NCBI RefSeq assembly: GCF_006345805.1
Contig: NC_043008.1
Location: 73,408,001-73,472,000, forward strand
From: Octopus sinensis
Lineage: Eukaryota
Length of the DNA: 64,000 bases
Reading direction: 5' to 3'
The notes beneath the pieces are model-generated. The model saw nothing but the letters and a program-made list of their open reading frames with translations, ran no database searches and was not told the DNA's origin. This document shows positions 50,444-63,925 of the stretch, in pieces. Position 1 is the stretch's first letter; the number at the start of each line of letters is the position of its first letter. The translations under genes and the position numbers were made by a program.

Positions 50444-51694
50444 GAGTGAGGAAGAAATCCTGAACAAATGTTGTGAAGAGAGAATCTATGATATGTTACT
50501 AGCTACCATAAAGCATGAAAACAAGACCAGTAAAACATACGAAGAGGATCACTAACCACCAGCACAACCATCATCATCACCACCATCAACAACAACAACG
50601 ACAACGACAACGACAACAACAACACGAACACCCTCAACACCGACACCACTATCATCACCTGGCGATGACAAACGAGATTCAAGAGAAATTCATTATGCTA
50701 AACGAACGATGTAAAAAGAAAAGAAAACAATAACAGTAGGCATTACAAAAATTGATTACCTCCAAATACCACAGCAGCAGTCTTTGAACACTTGCAGAGT
50801 AGCTATCGCAGTGTTCTTTCTATTCGTGCACTTCTGCGCACGTACACATTTTACAATTTAGAACGGCAAAAATGTGCGCAAACGTTTTCAAAATGAGATG
50901 AAAAAATTCAGCTATTGTTACTCATAAGGACGCACAAATAGACTGCGAAACGTTTCGAATCTTACGCAGTGTATTTGCATGTCTTGATCATTAGTTATAA
51001 AGTAAGCCATGATTTCAGTGAAAAAATTCACTTCCGGAATATTTCATTACAAAAAGAGCAACAACAACTAGACTGCAACTGAAGAAATTCACTAAATGAA
51101 TATTGCCCTAATTGGTGCATGCATATCCTAATCTTATATCATATACAAAATAACTATATAGGAAACGTAGTGAACACATTTAAATCAAGTAACACACAGC
51201 ATTTTCACTCGCTCAGATCGAGAGATAAACGTGTGCTGACAATATGACTGTAACATGGTTATCGCTAAGACTGCAATAAAAGTCAGTGGCTCAATAGGAT
51301 GCAGCTTACACAAAGATAAGAAGTGTATTTTTGTGCAAACCAAAATGTTAAAAATACATTTAGAAATAGGATCCAAGTGTGAGCATAAGAATGAATAATT
51401 AGAACACAACTTTTAAATTCAAATGTTATAAAAATACAAGAAATGTTATCTGACACTAGTAAGAGCTTATCTGTAATGACTGCTTTAACACGGCACAACA
51501 ACTACACAAACAAACATTTTCATGACGATAACCGCCACAAACAATAGTCTCTAAAACCCAGTAATATCAACACCGTCACATATTTCAGCATTGCCATCAG
51601 CATAGCCATACAATACACTAACATCACCTTTAATTTTAAATAATATCGACATATTCGGGCATCTAGCCATTCAAATTCGCTCCCACGTTTATCC

Positions 51695-51785
<91 letters not shown>
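51695..51785 (+). repeat. (CTAT)n microsatellite
   Basis: Seen directly. Confidence 0.95.
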
Positions 51786-51955
51786 CAATGAGGCCTACAA
51801 TCCGCATATATCGCTATAGTGACGACTACTACACCTATTTAGGGCAAGACGTGCACACATATATATTCCGTCTATCTTCTCGTATATATTTATCATCTAA
51901 CTATCCATGCCTATAATATACACATTAATATATATGCATATATTTATATGTATGA

Positions 51956-52037
<82 letters not shown>

Positions 52038-52138
52038 ATGTGTATATATATATATATGTATATATGTGCATGTGTATATACATATATATACATACACAAA
52101 TATGCATATGTATATATATAAATTAATAAATAAATAAA

Positions 52139-52174
<36 letters not shown>

Positions 52175-52646
52175 TATATATTTATATATATATATACATA
52201 CATACTTACGCACGTGACAAATATCAATATATCTACTTAATCAAATATTAAATGCAGAGTCACATCCACTTGAAACGTTAATATATTCATTTTGGGGATA
52301 TATTTTCAACTCATACACATACATGCACACACACGGACACACACACTCATAAATGTGCGCGCATGAGCGTGGGAATGTATGTGAAGACACACATGTACTC
52401 TCACACAAAAGCATACATATATACATATAGTGTGTGTGTGTGTATGTGTCTCTGTATATACAAATATATGTGTGTGTGTCTGTATGTATATATAGAACTT
52501 TGTTTGCGTCATGAATATTTCATAGCTATCTTTATATCACTATTGTGAATTAATACAGGATATTGTTGTTTACAGAACATTTTTTTAGGTTGTATTCTTA
52601 GCTGTATCTCTTCTTTGAATTATTTTATATTTCTATTATTTCATGT

Positions 52647-52697
<51 letters not shown>

Positions 52698-53080
52698 TTA
52701 CATACATACATATGTATACAGAAACACACATATAAATATACGCCTACACATGCATGTATCTATATATATAAATACACACATATATATATAATACATTACA
52801 TATATGTATTGATATATATTATATAGATATTGTATTTGATTTTGTCGCTCTTTTTGGGTTCTAGTTAATTTTCTTCAAGTCATTGTATTAGTCGTTTCAT
52901 TGTTGACGTGTTTTTTGTTTTTATCTGATGTTTGTCCATTTCTGTTTTGTTTTTTCACACCCACTGTTTTCAATTAAACTGTACCACTATTTCTATCTCA
53001 GATTTCATTCATATTATTGGGACTCGCATACTTAAAATAGCTCTGATGATCTCTTTAGAGAATTTCCAATTTATTTTCTC

Positions 53081-53146
53081 CTTCTTCTTCTTCTTCTTCT
53101 TCTTCTTCTTCTTCTTCTTCTTCTTCTTCTTCTTCTTCTTCTTCTT
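53081..53146 (+). repeat. (TTC)n microsatellite
   Basis: Seen directly. Confidence 0.95.
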
Positions 53147-53257
53147 GGTTTGTGTTCTATTCATCACATTTCCGCTACACTACACACAAGTAGCATGCAT
53201 GCACACACACACATGTATATATCTAGCATTTTCGAGAGTATATGTCTGTGTAATATA

Positions 53258-53335
<78 letters not shown>

Positions 53336-53364
53336 GTATACATAAACACACACACACAAAACAC

Positions 53365-55862
53365 CTGCGATCTCTCTGACCATTCTCTTCGTAGTAAGGC
53401 TATTCTCCATCTGAAACAGACAAGACTACAAAAGTCATCCGTACCTAAGCACATTTGTGTTCTGCGAAAACTAGATGGAAAATGTACTCAATACTGTTAA
53501 TATCAGTGATGACATTGAATTATCTTGGATGGGTGTACGTGATGTAAAGCACTCAGCATCCCTAGAGTTTCTCTGACTTCCTGTTTGTAAACATTAAGAT
53601 TGGTTGAGTGATAAGAACACAAATATCAAACATTTGATAGATAAAATGCACAGCTCTTATAAAACATAGTTCAATGATAAGAGCTCATCCAGAAAAGAGA
53701 ATGCTTATAAGAAATGCAGAGGACAGGTCCAACATGCTCTGATAGATGAAGGAGGCTTCTTGATCTTTCAAGGTTAATGAACTCCAAGAAGCTGCAGACA
53801 GAAGGGATTCTAAAACCTTCTGTAATGGTCTCAAGAAATTGTATGGTTCTCAAGAGCACGGTGTCATTCCCATTTTTTCATCTAATAGAGAGACACTATT
53901 TACTGATAAATCTGACATCCTGAAACGATGGAAGGATCACTTTCAAGTCGTATTGAACTCCATCTCAGTAAACAATATTGACGTCATAATGTCTGTTCCA
54001 TAGTACGCCGAAATATTGTCTCCGGAGCCAACCTTCCTAGAAGTGATAAACTTCATTAAAGAGATCTCTTCTGGCAAGGCATCTGGTAAAAATACTGGCT
54101 GTCTAGCCTGAAATCTAAAAGCATGGTGGACACAAACTTTTCATGAAATTACATGAGCTCTTCATAAATATTTGGATGAATATTACATGAGCTCTTCATA
54201 AATATTTGGATGGTAGGCTATCACAGGACATTAACGGTGCCTGAATTCAACATCTTTATAAGAACAAAGGAGACAGAAGTATCTGTATAATCATCGAGGG
54301 ATATCACATCTGTCTGTTGCTGGTAAGATTATTTCTCGACTCGTTTTTGACAGGATCATCAAACACATCTATCCAGAATCACTTATCGGATTTCTCTCTG
54401 GCCGTGGCACTATCAACATGATATTTTCCCTTCGTCAGGTCATCGAAAAGATACGTAACAAAAATCAAGAGTTGTTCATGGTGTTCAGTTACCTTACTAA
54501 AGCCTTCGACATTGTTAACTGGCAAGCACTTTGGCAAGCTCTGAAAAAACTGAAAAGAGGCTGAATGTTATCATCTCCTTTCTTGAGGGAATGAAGGATA
54601 CTGTCGTGCCCGGCGGGGAGTCTTCGACTTACTTCCTTGTAACAAATGGTACAAAGCAAGGTTGTGTTATGGCTCCTGTTTTGTTTACACGCTTCTTTTC
54701 AGTGATGTTGAGATATGCATTTGGTATCATACAAAGAGGTGTCAAATTCCAGTTTCGAACAAGTGGTGCACTATTCAATCATCAGCGTTTCAAAGCCAGA
54801 ACACCAGTATCTTTCGTGGTCTGCTTTAGGCAGATGATGCTGCACTAGTAGCAACCTCATTAGAGGAAGCTCAGGAACTTCTAGATTGGCTTTTTGCTGT
54901 ATGTAAAGCATTTGGATTGACCATCAGCATAAAGAAGACAGAAGTGATCCACTAACCTTGCCCTATTCCTAAGTAAATTCGATGCGTCAAACTGAGGCTG
55001 CCAGTTTACAATTTCCATGACACTCCTATACAGGTCGATGGGAAAAACTTAAAGTATGTTAAGTCATTTACATATCTTGGTAGTAAAGTGAACTGGAACG
55101 TTTCCCTTTGATAATGTAATCGTCAACCATCTTCAAAAAACAACCAACGCATTTGCCAAACTCTGTCATCTCTTATAGAATGAAAGGGGCATTAAAATTG
55201 ACACGAAAGTACAGATCTGTAAAGCTGCAGTTGTTACTACTCTCTTGTGTGGCTCAGAATCGTGAACGGCACACTAACCAGCTAGACATCTTCCACAAGA
55301 GCTGTCTGAGGGCAATCTGCAGTTATTCACTAAAATACAGAGTTTCTAATGCCGTTCTGTTTAGCAAGAGTAAGATTGGTAAAATCGAAATCTTCCTTAT
55401 GCAGTTGCAATTGCGCTGGACTGGCTATGTCATCAGAATGAACGACGAAAGAATACTCCAAATCTTCACATACAGTCAACTTGATAGTGGGCGCAGGAAT
55501 GCTGCTCGACCATGGGTCAGATATAAAGACAAGCTGAAGAGTAACCTCTCAGTAGTCAATATAGCTCGCAACACTTTTGAGAAAACACCCTTGGAGCAAG
55601 CAAAACAGAAATCGTTGTGTCTAAATAGTATCAGAAACTTTGGTGCAACCTTCATTAACATGCTTAAGGGTGTAAGGCAAAAGGAAAAAGCGGCTGCAAA
55701 TATAGCGCCTGAACTGACCCATAATCCTCATATTTGCAGCATTTGTGAGCTTCTTTGTATATCGTTGGCAGGACTCAAATGTCACATTCGACATAAGCAT
55801 TATGAATGATAAAGAAAGAGTAGGGTGACAGATCCTCATTCGTCGAAACCGACATGAGAATC
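53365..55862 (+). mobile_element. RTE-clade (BovB-like) LINE, 5'-truncated, degenerate
   Basis: RGISHLSVAGKI, GFLSGRGTINMIFSLRQ, LTKAFD, NGTKQGCVMAPVLF, ADDAALVA, QLRWTGYVIRM and terminal C2H2 CSIC..GLKCHIRHKH (ORF 55153-55809). Confidence 0.92.
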
Positions 55863-55898
55863 CATCATATGTATATATGTAAGTATGTATATATATAT

Positions 55899-55932
<34 letters not shown>

Positions 55933-55973
55933 ATATATATATATATTATATATATATATAGTATAATAAGTGG

Positions 55974-56152
55974 AAAAAAGACAAGATAGAAAAATGCTAG
56001 AATAATTTCGTAAAAAAATTCAGTACCGGTTTCAGTCATTGAGAATTTTTCAACTTATTCTCAATGGTGATTGAGAAAAGTCTCAATGAGTGAAACCAGT
56101 ACTGAAATGTTTTTTTAAAATTATTTTAGCATTTTCTATCTTGACTTTTTTT
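55974..56152. repeat. ~70-bp inverted repeat carrying hammerhead-like motifs
   Basis: Arms at 55974-56044 and 56081-56152. Confidence 0.85.
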
Positions 56153-56193
56153 ACATATATATCAACTCGTGTGTTTCTTTTCAACCTTCTACA

Positions 56194-56228
<35 letters not shown>

Positions 56229-56589
56229 GACACCAGCCGAAATTGAAGATGATCTGGTTCTTGACTGATGACTGAGGGCTTCGAATGTCGTCCTGTGGTT
56301 CTTGTGTAGTCTCTTGTGGTGTTTCATGTTCTTTCCATGTCTGTAATTATTTTACTGTTTACATATATATATACTATACAATATATATAGTAGCATTATG
56401 ACCCGTCGTTGCCGGGTCATAGTGCTAGTGCATGTATATATGTGTATATATATGTGTACATATTACATGTACATCTATATATATACATATACACATAAAA
56501 TACAGAATACAAAGTTATATCTTGATATCGCTAGTGATAACAATACTCAAAATATATCACAGACTGGAATTGTAGGCCCGTCTCTTGCA

Positions 56590-57190
56590 ATTTCGATCAA
56601 TTGTATCTTGTCCTCCCTCTTGTATAGAAGTATGGCTACAATCCAGCCTACCTCTACTTCTGGGGGACGTTTTAAATTTTTATCCGGGACGTCCTGTGTC
56701 CCAGATATAAAGGTAACAATAAAATATTTCCACTTTGCAAGGTTCGAGTCGAGTACTACCTTGCACGCTCCGTTGACTCGAACCTTGCTTCTATTGCGGC
56801 GAATTTACCGCCTTTGGTTAGATATCTTTCATAGTCGCACCAAGACTCTTTTCGATGGTGCTTTCCTCCAGGTGTTCAAATCACTTTTTTTTCTCTACAT
56901 TGTATACTTTATAGACAATAGTCTTTTCTGTAATTTTTTATTCCGTTTGGTGGTGTTATCCTAGATTCACCGTCTTTGTTGGTGTTCAATCCGAAATAGG
57001 TTTGTATTTCTTCCGTTTTAATTTTAATGAGTTCGCGCCCGCTGATGGCTGTAGTGAAATTCATTTTTGGACTTTCTTCTATCGAAGATATTTTAACAAA
57101 AGTGCTTCCGTATAAACGGTGAAAATATTGTCGATTTCCCCAAACAGGGACACAATTTAATTTGTAAACAATGACCAAAGGCGCGGGGTA
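56590..57190 (-). mobile_element. Probable LINE ORF1-like remnant
   Basis: Minus strand ELIKIKTEEIQTY..YLTKGGKFAAIEARF..LLLPLYLG..VPQK is coding-like; assignment is from recall only. Confidence 0.35.
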
Positions 57191-57949
57191 ACAGTTTACA
57201 ATTATTTAACAAATGCAGTACAACAACATTTCCCTTACGAGGAACCGAGAAGCGTGATAATAGTTAAACAGTAATAATAACAGTAATAATAATAACAACA
57301 AACCTTACGGTGAATCAAAAAGCAGTACGTAGTTGAAGCTATAGTCCTTTATGTATAAGAAATAAACCAACAGCAGTACTCAGTACAAGCGGCTGCTCGA
57401 GAAAACAGACATTGCATACATCCAAACTTCATATAGATACTTAATGCTAGCTAATTAACAGATAATCTAATGTAAAAGCCGTGGTAAACGGTATGTGCAC
57501 AGCTCCATCTGGAATATTCCATTTCTGCACACTAATTTTATTTTTAATTCATGTGAAACCACTTATTCAAGTTCAAGTCATTGATGCAATTTTATACCAA
57601 TTGCTATTTTTACTTTTGTTATCTTACGATTATATTATACTTTAGTTTGATTTTAATTATTACTTACTACATATAATTCAATTGTTATTATTATCTCTAA
57701 TTTTTATTGTTAAATTGAAAGTATCTGACATAAAATAGAGAAATGTTTTTGTTTCACTTTTAACATGTAATACTGAAATAGTGGAGAAGATATGATATTG
57801 CTATGAGCTCACCCTAGGCAAGAAGTTGAACATTTTTTTGCTCATGAAACTACATGAACCCTAAGTAAGGCATGTGTAAAATTTGAAAGAAATTGGTTGT
57901 GTAGTTCTAAAGTTTTAGGGAAGCACAGACAGACAGACACACATTCACA

Positions 57950-57984
<35 letters not shown>

Positions 57985-57988
<4 letters not shown>

Positions 57989-58331
57989 TCAAATTACGAG
58001 AAATGTAAACAAAGTTTGCTTTTAGAAGCACTGAGATGTATTGAAAGATACAGATAAGGAAATGAATTATTCTCAAACGCAGAATAGTGCTGTTAGAACA
58101 GCAGAGTGAAACATGAATAACTTGCGGAAACATTTGTCAGCAGGGACGTGAGTTCGAGTTTCATGGTTGGCTGCTGACAAATTTTTCCGCAAAATATGGA
58201 CATTTTATTCTTTTCTTGCTGTTCAGCATTATTCTGCGTTCGGGAATAAATTATTTCCTTATGTGTATCTTACAATACATCTCAGCGCTTCTATAAGCAA
58301 ACTTTGTTTTCATTTATCTTAATTTGAATTT
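57985..58331. repeat. Foldback element, ~160-bp arms, tRNA T-arm fragment in the loop
   Basis: Arms at 57985-58143 and 58171-58331; loop contains GTGAGTTCGAGTTTCAT. Confidence 0.9.
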
Positions 58332-58382
58332 AACATGCAGCGTCTTATAAAGGTAGATTTATAAGTTCAAAAATTGCGGGTC

Positions 58383-58569
58383 AATTTGTCAGTGTGCTGT
58401 TTAGCTTAATGGTAAAGCACCTGACCGGTAATCATAGGGATGTGAGTTCGAGTCTCATTGCTGACTGCTGTCAAATTTGTCTGAAAAATATGATTATTTT
58501 ATTCTGTTCCTGCTGTTCTATCAGAATTATTCTGCGATTGAAAATTAATTATTTTCTTATCCGTATCCT

Positions 58570-58570
<1 letters not shown>
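58383..58570 (+). mobile_element. Second foldback copy with a complete tRNA(Thr)-like sequence at its centre
   Basis: D arm GCTT-AATGGTA-AAGC, anticodon loop CCGGTAA, T arm GTGAG-TTCGAGT-CTCAT; flanked by AATTTGTCAG/CTGTCAAATT, with the right arm homologous to 58171-58280. Confidence 0.7.
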
Positions 58571-58605
<35 letters not shown>

Positions 58606-58789
58606 GTCAACATATATATATATATATATGTTGACAAAAATAAAATGTACTGTAGTCAATTTGTTCGACTGAAGCCTTCGAAGCTGATCCCTCGCATGAC
58701 CGCACTCCTTTGAGAATAACATGTAAAAGATAACAATTATTTGTGTGTGTGTTGTATATATTTACATATATTAATTTTTATCTTTTATT

Positions 58790-58930
58790 CTTATACTTGT
58801 TTCAGTCATTTGACTGCGGCCATGTTGGAGCATAGTCGAAAAAATTGACCCCAGCAGTTATTCTTTGTTAGCCTAACACTCATTTAATCGGTCTCTTTTG
58901 CCGAACCGCTAATTTACAAGGGCGTCAGCA
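58790..58930 (-). mobile_element. SINE family B tail
   Basis: GTTTCAGTCATTTGACTGCGGCCATG is the reverse complement of the family tail. Confidence 0.75.
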
Positions 58931-59518
58931 CATATGGAATTCCATAGTAACCGTAGAGTTTATACAAGGAAAGTAATAAGAGGTAATGAATTGAACTACG
59001 TTATTTCAAATCACTACAATTGTTTCCACACATCATCACACTTGTAGTATATTCGTGAGATAATGAAATCTATTGCATACTCACTGGTGTAAAATATATT
59101 CATTCAGGTGGGTGAGATAACTAAGTTATCATATTCAGAATACCATGACTCTGATGAGGATAACATTAGTTCTTAAAGGTCGTCCAATTTTTCTCAACCG
59201 ATCAATGGACCGATTGTGTAAACCGATCAATGAGCGAACTGATTGTTCTAAAAAGCTGGAAGTCGCATTCACTACAATAAAAAGATGTGTAATAACCATT
59301 AATTTTACCTTATCTTGTATATCCCTCTCTGCAAAAGATCAATCTAATAGGGAATACAACCAGGGATTTACGATATAGAATGCTGATTTCCTACAATCGT
59401 GAACCTTTCCACAAAAATATGCGGAGTTCTTTACTAATGAAAAAAAATATTATTCTGGTGTGTTTGTATTATTTATAACCCCTTATAAATAACACTTTGA
59501 TATATATATATATATATA

Positions 59519-59575
<57 letters not shown>

Positions 59576-59619
59576 CATATATATACATATACATATATAT
59601 ATATATATACACACATACC

Positions 59620-60000
59620 AGGCACGACTGCGTGGTAAGAAGCTTGCTTCCCAACCACGTGGTTCTGCGTTCAGTCTCACTGCCTGGCACCGTCGGCAGG
59701 TGTTTTCTTATATAACCTCGGGCTGACCAAAACTTGTCTGACGATTTGGTTGATGGAAACTAAAAGAAGCCCGTCGTAAATATGAAAAGAAAACTCGTCG
59801 TATGGCTATGTGTGTGTCTTTGTGTCTGCGTTTGTCCCTCCACCACCACTTGACAACTGGTCTTGGTGTGTATACCTCCCCGTAACTTTCCAGTTCGGCA
59901 AAGAGACCTATAGAATAAGTACTAGGTTTGAAAAATAGTACTGGAGTCGATTTATTCGACTAAAATTTCTTCAAGGCCTTGCCCCAGCCAGTAAAAGATA
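59620..60000 (+). mobile_element. SINE family B copy
   Basis: Head and body homologous to 22544-22992. Confidence 0.8.
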
Positions 60001-60857
60001 TAACACACACACACACATACACACACACAATGTATATATACTCCTTCGGACTATTTGTATACGTATCGTTATCATGTGACATGTATTCCTGTGAATAATC
60101 AAATGAGTGGATATGTCTCACTATATATGAAAGTTACTGCGTATTTTTAATATGCTTTTGTGAGAAGTACCCTTTAATTCATATGCTGATCAGTTTCTTT
60201 CCACTTTAGTTGATTTATTAATTTATTATTAACATTATCACCTAACCAAAAGATGTGCATTAGCCATTTTTATTGTACCAGATATCTGGAAAATAATATG
60301 TTTTAATCCACTGAAGGAGCTATTGGTTACTATTGTTGGCTAAAAGCATTTTGAATACTAAAATATGAAGTATTCCCTGTAATTGAGAAATATCATCCGT
60401 ATCGACCAACATACTCACACACCATCCGCATCGACCAACATACACACGTTCGCGCACACACACACACGCTTTAGTCTTTAATGAGGTTTATATGGTGAAA
60501 TTAGATATGTCTCGTCCAGTTGTTGTCCATGCCATTAAGCTCTAACCCAATAACACCACTTGCTGTAATCTTTTGTGCATTGTGATATTAAAGTCAACTT
60601 AAATAGGGAGTAACAGGGTGTTTCTAAGAGAAATTAAGCCAGGTAGTCTGAAGGTCATGGTGGTGGTGATGAGGTTCTTTTAGTTTCTTCATTTTTGTCG
60701 GGATAATATTATATTGACAAACGAGACCGAGGCAGTAGTTGCGTAACAGTCGTGTATATATGACGTGAGACTAATTTTCATAATGGGTGTATAGTATAGG
60801 ATTCCAGCCTTAGGTGATGCTGGCTGTGTTAGAGTGAATAGAATCTGAATATATATA

Positions 60858-60976
<119 letters not shown>

Positions 60977-61004
60977 GTGTGTATATATATATATATATAT
61001 GTAC

Positions 61005-61058
<54 letters not shown>

Positions 61059-61063
<5 letters not shown>

Positions 61064-61465
61064 TATAATTACAGTGTACATTTAAGCACATAAGAGGTAT
61101 CCGTCATTATGATTCCTTTCACGCTAGAAGGGACAGCTAAAATCCAAGCCACTAGTAAGGATAAAAACTCGAAGGGAATGAAAAATAAAAACATTTACCA
61201 TCTATCTCCTGGCGCATGGTTTCAGACTATTCTTAGCATATAAAATAATAAATTTTTTCGCAAATAAAATAATAGATTTATTTGATAAAAAAAAGTCTGA
61301 AACCATGCGCCAGGAGATAGTTGTTAAATGTTTTTTTCTTTTTCATTCCCTTCGAGTTTTTATCTCTAATAGTGGTTTGGACTTTAGGTGTTCCTTCTAG
61401 CGTGAAAGGAATCCTAATGACGGATACCTCTTATGTCTTTAAATGTACACTGTATTTATATGAAT
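61059..61465. repeat. ~170-bp-arm palindrome (MITE/foldback-like) next to a (TA)n array
   Basis: Arms at 61059-61228 and 61294-61465, 65-bp AT-rich spacer. Confidence 0.92.
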
Positions 61466-61574
61466 AATATATAGTCTATTGACTAATCTTTCTACACGCT
61501 AGGCAACAGGTAGTAAATATTTCTGAAATCTTTATTACTCTGATATTATTAATTATATATATGTATGTGTGCGT

Positions 61575-61750
61575 GTGTTTGTGTGTCTATATTTGTCCCC
61601 CTAACATTGCTTGACAACCGGTTCGGCAAAAGAGACCGATAGAATTAGTACTGGGCTTACAAAGAATAAGTCCCGGGGTCGATTTGCTCGACTAAAGGCG
61701 GTGCTTGAGCATGGCCGCAGTCAAATGACTGAAACAAGTAAAAGAGAAAA
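61575..61750 (+). mobile_element. SINE family B tail
   Basis: CTTGACAACC..GGTTCGGCAAAAGAGACCG..GCAGTCAAATGACTGAAAC. Confidence 0.8.
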
Positions 61751-61944
61751 AGAGAAAAAAAATATATATAAATATATATATATATGCATCTGGATATACA
61801 AATGGGCAGTCAATGCACCCTCGTAGATCCAATAAAGTAGCTTTGGAGAGGGGTGAATCATTAACTTCCATTACATACATATGCATGCAAACTTACATAC
61901 TGTTTGTTATCAAACTAAAAGTTAATGACTATTATTTTGTATTG

Positions 61945-62075
61945 ACTCCCGTAACTTATCGGTTAGGCAAAACAGACCGATAGAATAAGCACTAGGCTAA
62001 CAAAGAAGAGGTCTTGGGGTCGATTTGTTCGACTAAAGGCGGTGCTCCAGCATGGCCACAGTCAAATGAGTAAAA
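61945..62075 (+). mobile_element. SINE family B tail
   Basis: CCCGTAACTT..GACTAAAGGCGGTGCTCCAGCATGG. Confidence 0.8.
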
Positions 62076-63732
62076 GAGTAATCTTTTAATTCAAAGTTAA
62101 ATTTCTTTAATGTATAACTGCACAGAGAAACAAGCATTAACATATACGTGCCTATAAATAGGTCGACAAATAGACAGATAAATAGACACACAGAGAGAAG
62201 TTAAAGTGAAATGTAGACAATGTACATTATCCATAAAATTTCTTTTTCATGTAATTCATAATTGATATAATTGATAACAAAATCTACAACCATTTGGTTG
62301 TAGATTTTACGATGATATGAAGAGAATTAGCATTGTTATTCAAAGTTAAACTTTGAAATAGGAAGCCGTTTGAATGTCCATCAATTTGCTTTAATGAAGT
62401 CAGTATGAAATAACAAGATGTATTTAGTCTAAGTGGCCACCACCTGTGAAATAGAATAAAATAAGATATAAAATATTTTGATTTGTATGAGAATTTACTG
62501 TAATATATACACATTTAGACTATTATGCAGCATGTTTTATATATATAGCTTAGAAAGTCACCTTCAATAGAAACTCAGACGGTGAACTATGGAGATTTTA
62601 AAATAAAATATTTATCATAAGTACTTTTGAATGGAAACATACGCAAGTAATAGGCTACAGGATAGAAAAAGTTTAAATTCGGCAACTGAATGAAGAGGAT
62701 AATAATATATGAACCGCAAAGAGAAAGAGAATATAATTTGGATCTTAATTGTGTTAGACAATAAGTATCTAGTAGCAGAAGTAAAGTACATAATATAAAA
62801 TTAAAAAAAGACTATTTTGAATACGTGAAATACAATGTAGAGAGAATCGAAATAGTGAAAATAAAATTAGAATTAACGGAGATAATATTGGTAATGATTG
62901 TTAAAATATTCATGAAGGAAAAGGAATATTTGTATGACAATTATTTTATTTTCATATAAACATATAACACAATCCCGTTCTAAGACAATAAAACCTAAAT
63001 ATTAAACAATTATTGAATAATTTAGAATACATATTTTGTTGAGACTTTAAAAAGTAACTATTTTTCAATGTCTTTCTGTAACGGAGAATAATACTTTGAC
63101 GCTTGTGATACTGTAGTTTGGCAACAAGTGAATGAAAGAAACTGCACTATTCTAACGATATGCTCTTTATATAATTGCAACTGTTGCCTAATTGAAGATG
63201 GATCAGTTGGATTTGCTTCTAGCACATTCTCACACGCTGGAAAGCTTTGTTAGTTATTAGTTTAATTGTTTCCGGAATTAACATGTTGAAGCTTGGCTTA
63301 TAAGATTGTTTTCATGCAGAAATATGAAATTGTTATGACTGAAAAATGTCACCTGTTGCAAGAAACAATTTTCACAAAATCATATTAATTACTTCTTACG
63401 ATAGAAATGCTTTCTAAAAAGTCACTGTAAACCAAAGTAATGATATGATTTACAGTTATGAAGCGGGAATTTTTAAAATTTCATCCTGTATATGTCACAA
63501 AGACAGGTGTTTTCTGATCGTAACGAACTATTTAGTCTGTACCACCAGAAACGTCAAAATATTCTTCTTCATCTCAGTAATTCTCTTTAACTAATTATTC
63601 CCCGCAAAACATGAGATATGCCGTCGCTGGATTCTTCATATCCTACTGCTTACTAAAGAAAATGTAAAAAATCATAAAGAATTCATACTAATTAAATTAA
63701 ATCACGAGTCATATCTAATTTGTTTTTATCAC

Positions 63733-63922
63733 GTTGCTCCAGTCCACTCAGCTGGCAAAAATGAGCAGTACCTGTGTGTCACGTTAAATATCCTTGAGAA
63801 CTGCGTTAAGGGTACACGGATATGTGAAATGCTCAACCACCTGCACGTTAATTTCACGAGTAGGCTGTTCCGTTGATCGTTTCAGCTGGGAGCCTCGTCC
63901 TCGTAACCGACGGAGTGCTTCT
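63733..63922 (+). mobile_element. SINE-like 3' fragment (third family)
   Basis: GTTGCTCCAGTCCACTCAGCTGG..AAATGAG resembles a SINE central domain; ends at (CA)n. Confidence 0.45.

Positions 63923-63925
<3 letters not shown>

Noticed and set aside
56262-56300. CTGATGA followed by GAATGTCGTC
   Set aside because: No convincing helix I or II, and GAAA is incomplete.
58396-58467. Functional tRNA-Thr gene
   Set aside because: The anticodon stem is bulged, position 33 is C, the GGT anticodon is atypical for eukaryotes and the acceptor stem is disrupted; treated as tRNA-derived.
59145-59378. 77-aa ORF and a CTGATGAGG motif
   Set aside because: No recognisable domain and no hammerhead fold; probably a decayed TE fragment I cannot classify.
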